A DNA stretch of 64,000 nt from Piromyces finnis finn. Its lineage: Eukaryota; Fungi; Neocallimastigomycota. Below, piece after piece: positions 53,872-64,000 of this stretch. The notes beneath the pieces were generated by a model. The model was not told where the DNA came from, did no database searches, and worked only from the letters and a program-made list of their open reading frames with translations. A program made the translations under genes and the position numbers. Positions within the stretch are counted from its first letter, which is position 1. The number at the start of each line of letters is the position of its first letter. The DNA lies in the NCBI GenBank assembly GCA_002104945.1, contig MCFH01000061.1, positions 250,759-314,758 on the forward strand, written 5' to 3'.

Positions 53872-54994
53872 AACATAATAACAATTAATAATAATAGTAG
53901 ATGATATAATTATTATAACAATAATAATTGTTAAAGTGATAATAAATAAAAGGTTATTTAAATACTTCATAATAAAACTTGTATCTAATAGTAATTAATT
54001 GCAAAAACACTTAAAATTTATAAAACAAAAATCATTCATTTTTTATTAATAATTAAGGTTTATTTATTAATTAATTTTTAATATTCCAACAATACCATAA
54101 AAAGTAATTATTACAAAATGACAGAAAAAACTTTGATCCTTTAAATAAGAATTTATCCAAATATGGACATAATTAATTAAACAATACAATTTTATTATAT
54201 TTCATAGTTATTAGTTTATACATACAATAATCACGTGATATCCTTTTTATAAATTAAAAAATATAAGTCTACTAATATTAATAGTAAATTTATAATATAT
54301 ATTATTCATTTAAATAATAAATACTCCAGTGGATATATCCTATATTATCAATGAAATTAATATAAAATTTTTAACACTTTTTATGGAAAAAGTTCACTCT
54401 CTTGGATCGTTTGAAAAAGTATGCGTTTTATTAATTTTTTTTTATAATAAAATGAATTCAAAGTAATTATTCTTATTATTCTTATTCTTATTATTTCCAT
54501 TTGATTTAATATTATAATATTATTTCAAATGAAAAAAAGAGTAATTCCTTGATAGTTTTTTATTCTTTATCAATAATTTATAAAGTGTACTAAATTAAAA
54601 ATGCCTATTATTATTTTTTGTGTTTAAAAATAAAATTTTTATTTTAAATCTTTTTTTATTTTATTTTTATTAATGCGGGATTATTTCCGAAATATAAAAA
54701 AATATTTAAAAATAATTTTTTTTTTTTTGCAAAACAACATGTTAAAAGAAATAAAGAAATTAAAGAATATTTTTTATTTCATTTTTTTTATTTTATTTTT
54801 TTTTATTTTTGCTTTTATTTTTATTTTGTTTTTACTTTTATTTCTTTTTATATTTTTCTATGATTATAATTATTTAATTTTGTATTTATTATGTATGTAT
54901 TTTTTTTCTTTCTTTTTTTTTTTTTTGGTTTTAGTTTATTTTCTTTTAATTTTTATATTTTTTTATTTTTTTTTTTTTGAAAAAAAATCAGTAC

Positions 54995-55708
54995 TTAGAA
55001 TAAAGCATAAAGTAAAGCGAATAAAGTAGTAGCTAAAATGCTATAGTTTAAAGTGGTAGCATCACTACTTTTTGGAGATGATTGCTTGGAAGTACATTGT
55101 TCAGATTTTAAGTAAGCCATAGCATAATAATCACTATCACCATGTGGGTCAGCATCCTTAATATCAAATACTTCATTGAAAGTTGTATTCTTGTAATCAT
55201 CAAGACCTAAAGTACCTAAACGAGTTTCTAAGATTGTGTAGGAGGCGTCAGTACAAGCCTTGGACTTGCATGATTCATTAATAACATAATTGTATTCTTC
55301 AGGACTATCTGAAAAAGAAGTAACAAATGGGCAGTATTTACCATCATCATCCTTTGTACATAATGCTGCCATATAATTCCTTTTTAATTCATTTTCGTAT
55401 TCAATTTTCTTTTTTTCAAATTCAGTTAGCTTATCTTCACCAAGGCATTCTAAAACCTTTGGTCCACTTTCTTCAAGGAATTTTTGACATTTATCACTAT
55501 TTATTGCTTTACAAAATAAAGTAACATCTTCACCAATATCAGGGATTTTTAATTCTGAACATTCTTTATTTTCATCAAGAAAATTAAGTAAACATGTACT
55601 TTTATCTTCCATTGGATAAATAGTCATTCCTCTTTTAAATGGAACGGATGAAGCAGCAGCAGCAGAAGTAGCAGCAACTAAAGCTAATAATGAAGTACTG
55701 AATTTCAT
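54995..55708 (-). CDS. Secreted Cys-rich 237-aa protein with probable GPI-anchor signal
   Basis: Signal MKFSTSLLALVAATSAAAA; eight Cys; Ser-rich omega region and hydrophobic C-terminus SSDATTLNYSILATTLFALLYALF. Intronless. Confidence 0.8.
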   Translation of the reverse strand: MKFSTSLLALVAATSAAAASSVPFKRGMTIYPMEDKSTCLLNFLDENKECSELKIPDIGEDVTLFCKAINSDKCQKFLEESGPKVLECLGEDKLTEFEKKKIEYENELKRNYMAALCTKDDDGKYCPFVTSFSDSPEEYNYVINESCKSKACTDASYTILETRLGTLGLDDYKNTTFNEVFDIKDADPHGDSDYYAMAYLKSEQCTSKQSSPKSSDATTLNYSILATTLFALLYALF

Positions 55709-56552
55709 TTTTTTATTTTTTTTGTTAAATTTTTGTTAACTTTTTTTTTTTTTTTTTGGCCTTATATAAACTTTTTTTTCTTATATTTGAATGTCTATCT
55801 AGAAAGTTTTTAATCTATTTTTAATTTAATATATTTTTAAGAGTAGCCAATAAAAAAGAGGTAACCATTAAAATCCTATCAATTAAGGTTTGTTTTTATA
55901 GATTTATTTAATTTAAAACTTAATTATTATAATGAACTTTATTTATTATAAAAAGGTACTATTTCATTTAACCCTTAAAAGATCATATGATTTCAATAGA
56001 AATCAATTTTATTTTAGAATGTGGATTATTCTATTGTATACATAACGCATTTTATTTATTACAATATGTAGAATTAAAAATCATTAGAAGAAGTCATAGT
56101 TCGTTTTATAAAGTCCTTTTTTTTTAAAAAAAAAGACCAAAGAAATTTAGTACAATTTTGGTTTTCCATAAAAATATACATTCATAACATATCACTTGAA
56201 TAATGAACATAATAATAGAAATAAATAACATTTTAACCAATAATAATATATTAAGGAGGTAATTTCTATTGTTATTGTTTTAATAAATAATATATACATA
56301 ATATACAAATATTGTATTAATAATGTATACATAATGTATTCATAATTTAATTCTTTTTCTAATAAAAATAATTATGTATATAATTTTAGCCACTAATTAA
56401 ATATAAGAGTTATACTGCCTATTGCCTATTACTTACCTACTACTGCCTACCTACTAATCATTGGTATGAATATTCTTATTATATAATTAAATATTATTCA
56501 TGTCAATTATTAATTAATAAATGAATGAATTATAATTTTAAAAAGTCAGCAG

Positions 56553-56593
<41 letters not shown>

Positions 56594-57410
56594 ATTCAAC
56601 AATTGTTTGTAAGGAAAAAAGTAAAGAATTAAAAAATACATAAAATAATAATAATAATAAGAAGAAATACATTTATAATGATAAACTATATTTTAGGTTT
56701 GTTATTCATTATTCATTTATATAAAAATCACTAAATATAATAATAATAATAACAGTGGGTGTGGGGGTGATGTCAATATTAAAATAATTTCATGTTTTTT
56801 TTTTTTTTCTTAATATTTATCGTTTAAAATGATTTACTCTTTTCATAGACTTTGATTCTATTATCCTATGTCTATTTTAATTTTAATGTATGAATGTCAG
56901 GATTAATAGAATAAAATTTATAAAGTTTCTATTTTTTTTATAGTTTAAACTTTTTCAGTTAACCTTTTTTTTTTTTTTAAAAAAAAAATAATATTTGAAT
57001 AGGGGCGTAGAATGAGTTTATTATTTTTAATTATATTACTTTGTTTTATTTATAATGTTAATATTTCTTTACATAAAACTTTGTATATATACTTCTTGTT
57101 TATTAAATATATTTATTTCTAAATGAATATATATGAAAAATTAAAGTTAAATATATATATATATATAAAATTGTTGAATACTAATTCATCTTTGATTTTA
57201 AATACTAATTAAATTAAGAAAATAAAAATAATAAAAAAAAAAAAAAAATGAAAAATGAAAAGTGTATTGTATTAAACATTTCAAATTGTTTGGTTACAAA
57301 GTTTTATGAATAAGGAATAAAAAAACTATCTATTTATATATATATATATATATTAATAATGGTTTAGAATTGATTTTTATATAAAAATTATAATTTATAT
57401 TTTATTTCAT

Positions 57411-58221
57411 TCATTGACTTTCTTCAACCTCTTTTGCAAATATTCTCAAGACATTTTTGCCTTTCATCATTAGTTCTTGCTTTTTATTTTGATTTTTTAA
57501 ATTTATATCAATGTATTTTCTAATTGCCTCATCATTTTGTGATATAACATATCTAAAAATTAGTTCTACCGTTGATTTATTAATTGTACCATTCTCTATT
57601 ATGATTTTTTCTTTGGTAATTTCACCAATATTATACAACAATCTAAGTATGCATTCTGAAACTTTATCTTTATCAATTATGTCTTTATTTTCTGAATTAA
57701 TTTCATATTTTAAAATATGCTTAAAAAACATTTTATAAATAACATAAATACTTGGAGGTTCTGCTATGCCTTTTAAAATGATATTTTCTGGGTCATTCAT
57801 TATGTTTTCACTAGAAATACTGGAGAGATCTTTTGAAAAAATTAAAACATTTTTCGATCCTTTATTACTAATATCAGTTATAGAATTATATAAATCATTA
57901 GCTTTTTTTTTTCAATTTCTGATATTTCAGAGTTTTTCAAGTTATCATCCAGGTCGGAATCTCTTATTTTCTTTTCCTTTAATTTGAAATCAGTCATTAC
58001 ATCTTTTGCTATACCCTTCATCTTTTTTATAAATTTTTTTTTTATTATCAGTGACCACATTACCTATATTATAACGAAACGTAATTAATTTATCATTATT
58101 ATCCTTAAAACTCTGAGAAAATTTAAATTTTTTTTCTTCATCGTCTATTTGTAATTCGTTGTATTTTCTTACTAAATTTATTAAATCTTCTTGTAAATGA
58201 AAAATTAAATTTTTAGATTTT
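57411..58221 (-). pseudogene. Hypothetical K/E/I-rich protein exon, interrupted at two A10 runs
   Basis: After an AG acceptor at 58223-58222 it reads KSKNLIFHLQEDLINLVRKYNELQID... and continues through frameshifts at ~58040 and ~57905 into the 129-aa ORF. Upstream exon not found. Confidence 0.45.
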
Positions 58222-59525
58222 CTATAAAATAAAATATTATTAAAAGTTATTAAAAGTCTTATTTATTTTTTTTTTAATAAAAATTAAATGATACCTTTTA
58301 AAATATATAAATCTCATTATTTTAACGTTGAATGATTACTTTTTTTTTTTTTGATACTAAAAAAACAACCTTTTTTTTTAAAGGGTGTCTTATTTAAATC
58401 ATAATAATAGTATTTATAAAGAACTTTTATATATTATAAATATATTGTAATATATGTTTTATACATTTTATCATTTGATAGTATATTTGTTTTAAAGTTT
58501 ATATTAAATAATATATATTAAATATATATTGTGGCTTTTAATATATTTTGTAGAACAATGTAGTAAATTAATATAGAATAAGATTTTCGAACATTCTATT
58601 CCATTCTATTTCTTTTTGAAAAATAAAGGAAATGATGTGGGGATTATCCCATAGAAATTACAAAATGGTCAAACTAGGCAAACTTCATTTTTATATAGTT
58701 ATATTCAAAAGGTAATATGGATGGATCATGTTTTTTTGGTAGTTTTTAAAAGACAATTTAAAGTTAAAAACCAACGCTATTTAAATTCTCTATAATAAAA
58801 GGATTTTCATTTTCATTCCTATTGTATTGTATATAATTGGTATTACAAGTTAATTATCATGCATTGACTAAAAGTATGAAAATGAATTTTTTTTTCCCTA
58901 TTATTGAAAAATATTACAATTTAATGAGTAAATACTATATAAAATAAAACAAAAAATACCATTTTCAGAAAAGAAAAACACTAGAAAAGTTTATAAAAAG
59001 TCATTTTTAATACTTTTTATCATTTTCATTTTATTATAGAAATACCAATATTAAATAAAAGAGTTTAAATAAACCTTTGATAGAGTCATAGATCTCTTCA
59101 TTGATTAATAGATTCATAAAAGTTTTTACTAGAGTGATGTGATAGATCCTTGGAATAATTCTCTTTTTTATTTTAGATAAACAATTTTTATTAAAAGTTT
59201 AAAAGAAAAAATAATTAGTTAACTAAATATGCTCCTTATGAAAAATAGAATTTAGCAACCTAAAAAACTAAACAATTCATAGATAGGATTTTTATATTAT
59301 TTCTTCTTCTTCTTCTTCTTCTTTATTATAATCAATGACTTATTGCTATATAATGGTTACATTATTTTTCTTCTTCTTCTTTATTATATGTGTTTTTTTT
59401 TTTTTTTTTTTTTTTAGTTATTATTGTTATTATAATCATAAACTTTTATATTTCATTATTATTACCAATATGTAATTATATGTATTGGGTTTTCAATACT
59501 TAATCAAATACAAAAATATATATAT

Positions 59526-59557
<32 letters not shown>

Positions 59558-60396
59558 CAATAGACAGTAATATGTAGTATATATTTATATATTTATATAT
59601 AATTTTTAATAATTTTTTTAAAAAAAAAATAATTTAAATTATTCTTTAGTTATAAATGTAAATGTAGTCAATTTAAAAGGATTCAATCTCATTCATCACC
59701 CTTCCATAAGAATTATAAAAATTATCAATTATGCACATTCCAAAAACTTTTTTTTTTTTTTTTTTTTAAAATGTTTGTATGAAATATTTTAATTAATTAA
59801 AAAAAATAATTTATTTATATTGAACTTTTTTTTTTTTTTTTTTAATAAAAAAAGTAATATAATACTATAGAATAACAAGATAATAATAAAAAAAAAAACA
59901 ACCAAATTTTAAAATTTATTTTAAAAAGAAATTATAAAAACATTAAATAAAAATTAAAAAAAAAAAAAAAAGATTTATTAATATTTAGTTGATAAAAGTA
60001 TTTTAATGGAAAGAAAAAAGGTATAATTTACCTATGTTTTTAATTTTATTTTATATTGAAAAATTAAAATTAAAATGTATGAATGAATAGGTTATATTAA
60101 AAGATATATAATTTTTCCCCTAGTAGAAATCAAGAACATCAAAACTTTATTCATTTATTATTCTCAAGTAAAATTGTAGCTCTTTTTTAAATCATTTATA
60201 TTCAAATTCAATTATTCAATTGATCTTTATTTTTTTTTTTTCCATTCTATAATCATTAGATATTAACATAATGATAAATGTTTAAAAACAGTTTAAACAA
60301 TTGAAAGAAAAAAAAAGGTATAATTTTTATTTTATTTTGTTTTAATTTTCAAAATTTTTATTTTCTCCATTCTACATCAGTAAAAAAGAGTATGTA

Positions 60397-60434
<38 letters not shown>

Positions 60435-60887
60435 CTTTATTTATTGATTACATAAATTATATTTATATTATTATTCTCAAGTTAACTTTTTTTTAATTAA
60501 TATTTAAAATGAAAATTTCTAATAATTATAATAATAATAATAACAATAATAATAATAATCCCATTTATTGTTATTAGTTATTAATTATTGATTATTATTA
60601 ATTATTAAATATTATTAATTATTGATTATTATTAATAATTGATTTTTTATTATTATTATTATTGTTATAATCAATACAGTTATGTATATGTTTTCAAATA
60701 TAAATGAAATAACATATTACTCGTCATTTTTTAGAAAGATGTATCAACTTGAAATTTCATTTTATATCAAACGAAAAATAATTTATGTTAATTACAAAAA
60801 TTAAATTGAAATCTTTTGCGTTTGATATTATTCCTTAATTTTTATATATATATATATATTTTTCCTTTGATTTATTTTTATTTTCAT

Positions 60888-61552
60888 TTATGCTCCTTTT
60901 TCTTTTTTCCTTTTTCCTTTTTTTTCAGAACAAAATTGAAGTACAACACCAAGAATGCATACAAAAACCATGTAAGCATATATTCCCAAATTATCTTTGA
61001 ATAAGGCATCCCTATGACCATCAGGTTGACATGTTTCGTCAAGACATAATGAAGAAAGACATTCTTCATCACTTTTACAAGGCATATACATTTGTTTTTG
61101 ACAATATACTTGACCAGCACTACAATCACAATAGTGAATATCACTTTTGGCAACACAATTTTTTTTATAACATGCGCCGGAATAACAATCACTGTTTTGT
61201 GAACATTTTGGTGTTTTACATTTTCTTTTGTCAATACTTTCAATATTACAGGTAGTTAAAATTGGTTTTGGTTCCTTTTTTATATTTTCTGTTATTAATT
61301 TTTCATTATAAGTATCATGAAAATCCATATCTATATCAATACATTTATCATTAGCTTCATCTTTACACCAAAGTACTAAAAAATTATACTTTCCTTCTGA
61401 AGAACAGGTATAATTGGAAGCTCTGATCATTGAAAGAGTATAATTGGTTGTTTTAAAAATGCTGATATCATTAGCTCATATTTTTTTTTTTTGGTGAATC
61501 CACTTAAAATCAACAATATATTACAAAAATAAAATAGCAGTAATTTACCCAT
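60888..61552 (-). CDS. Cys-rich single-pass membrane protein; 5' signal-peptide region apparently out of frame
   Basis: 180-aa ORF with two CxSxxxCxSxxC-type modules, TM GIYAYMVFVCILGVVLQFC and a basic tail. An upstream ATG at 61552 encodes a signal-like MGKLLLFYFCNILLILSGF but joins out of frame near an A12 run. Confidence 0.6.
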
Positions 61553-61637
61553 TTTAAATGAAAATCTTAACGTAAAAGTGTAGTATTAACGTTTATGTAA
61601 AAACCCAATCTTGTATGATTGTTAACAATCTGAAAGA

Positions 61638-61672
<35 letters not shown>

Positions 61673-63840
61673 ATATACTTTATAAAAAAGTCAAATGAGG
61701 GTTTAATTTATATTTAAAAAAAAAAAAAAAAAAAGTAATATAAACTTTAATTATTATAAAATTATCTTTACCAAATGACTAAGGTAAATTTTTAATGTTA
61801 AAAAAAAAAAGTATTTAAGAAAAAAAAGAAAACATTTATAAATAATACAAACTCTCTAAATCAACAAAAATTTTTAATGTTAAAAAAAAAAAAAAAATTC
61901 CTTTTAGTCCAATGGCTTTAAAAAAAAAAAAAGAGTTCAATTTTAATGCTGATTTTGCACAGGTTATATTTTTTTATACATAAAAAAAGAATTCCATTTT
62001 ATTAATAGATTATGCTAAATTAAATAAATTACATTAAATAACAACATATTAAAGATAATGAATATAAAGATAGGAAATTCATAAAATATATTTATAAGAA
62101 AAAAAAAAAAATAAAAGTCTCTAATTGAATATACATTAGAAAATTCTTTTAATTACCCCCAAACGTTATTATTCTATTTAGTTTAAAACCTTCAACTACT
62201 GTTATACATAAAATTATTAATAAAAAATTCCATATGGTTTAATCATTTCTTTGTTATTTGTATCTTTGACTGAAATATTTGTTTTACAGTATTAATGTAT
62301 TAATAGATATTTTATTGATAATCATAAATCTATATTCCTCCTCACAATCATTATTATTTATTTACTTTTTTTTATCTTTTGAGCTATTTAAATTTATTAG
62401 TTTTAAATCATTATCAATGGTAATTTCATCTTCATTTCCAGGAAGATAATATTAATAACATTTATTTTATATCTAATGAACTATCAAATTTTAACATTTT
62501 GTCTTATATAGAAATATAAGAAAATACTAATAAAAGATTTTATTTATTATTTTCATTATAAAATAATGTATTAATAAAAGTTCATTTTTTTATAATTTGA
62601 AATTATTTAAAAATTTTAAACTTTTTAATTTTAAACTGTGATTAAAATTTAGTATTAAAAAAAAAAATAAAACTTGATTCTTTTTATTAAACAAGAGTTA
62701 CTCTAAAGTTATTCTATAGAAAGAGTGAATTAGCATTTCCAAAAGAGTACTTATTTTGGAGTTACAACATTTTAATGAAAATATATATATTTAAAAGTTA
62801 TATAAAGTTATAGATGAAATTGCTTTAAAATGATTATTTTACTAAATATAAAGATTTCAATGAATTATAAGTAGATTATTTATAACATTCTTTAAGAATA
62901 TAATGCATAAAACACTTTTTTTTTTTAAAAAGGAATAAGTTAAAACGTAAATGGAAAAAAATATATTTAAAAATATATAACTAATTGTTAAACGATGAAT
63001 TTAGGAAATTGATTTATTATATATATAATAATCGACAATAATATCATAAATATTATCTATCTTAAAACCTTTCATTAGCTAATAATAGAGAATATTATAT
63101 TATATATATTTTTAATTATATACCATGTCAAAAATATGAGAATATCAATGGAATAGTTGTATTTATCAATAATATCTTATTCATGCGCTTAAAATATCCA
63201 ACAAATAATCAAGGCTAGATTTAAGAGAATTAGTGATGCTAAAATAACTTGTACTTTTGAATAGAATACTCTATATATTATAATAGAAGTATTGATAACT
63301 ATAAATGGTATAAAGAAATATTGTGTGAATGTAATAAAGCTTAATATCCATTTTGTTCTAATGATCAAAAATATGATTTCACTTGGAATACTATTTTTTT
63401 TTTTTTGACAAAATAAAAATATTGTATATGAAATTGAAACTAAAGATAATTATAATTATAATATTAATAAAAAATATTTAATATGAATTTATTTTAAAGT
63501 AATACTTTCGATACCTTTAATTTAAAAACAAGAAAAAAATAATTCTTTAACAAAATATTAATAGTACCATAAAGGATATTTATTACGAATATATAAATAA
63601 CTTTGTATAATTAGTATAAATATAAAAATAATAAAAGAATTCAACTTTTCTACGAAAAACAGATATTATCCAAGTTATTTAATTAAAAAAAAAGAAAAAA
63701 TCAATAATTATATTAATTTCCTTTTTTTTATTAATAAAGCTTTATTTATATCATCTGAATATAAAAGTATGATAAAATAATAGTCCTAGTTTTTATTTTC
63801 TATTTTCAAAAAAGAAAATACACATTAATATTAATTGAAT

Positions 63841-63877
<37 letters not shown>

Positions 63878-64000
63878 AATAATATGATTACTTTATCTGA
63901 AAATACAATAAATAATAATACAATTGAAAGATTATTTATGGGATAAAATATTTTGAGTGGTAGCAAAATTTAATTATAGTAAAATATGAATTTCAAAGAA

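Noticed and set aside
56400-56470. CTGCCTA/CCTAC degenerate repeat upstream of the GPI-type gene
   Set aside because: Short low-complexity run with no second copy or structure.
62300-62520. Coding-like fragment on the minus strand (LPGNEDEITIDNDLKLINLNSSKD)
   Set aside because: Too short, interrupted by stops, and no linkable exons.

Overview
Extremely AT-rich, intron-containing eukaryotic DNA, almost certainly from an anaerobic gut fungus (Neocallimastigomycota), judged by a fungal dockerin-bearing esterase, CotH kinases and expanded CBM18 domains. The main result is missed by the ORF track: the three chitin-binding ORFs are only the last exons of three intact multi-exon genes (5259-7696, 9362-12255, 36437-38895, all minus). 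Each encodes signal peptide + N-cap + 9, 12 or 9 leucine-rich repeats + cap + four hevein/CBM18 domains. Each 23-aa LRR is its own 69-nt exon flanked by phase-2 introns. The copies share conserved ends but have variable, mosaic LRR arrays, which suggests a diversifying secreted LRR-chitin-binding recognition system. Also present: an inverted pair of intronless ~807-aa vWA (MIDAS) proteins with U-box-like motifs, a plant-type LRR receptor-like membrane protein, two dockerin-less CotH kinases, a cellulosomal CE1 esterase, a full-size ABCA transporter, tRNA-Cys(GCA), a duplicated GPI-type secreted protein (one copy truncated), several disrupted ORFs, long microsatellites and fold-back repeats. 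All alignments, translations and splice models were done by eye; no database searches were run.
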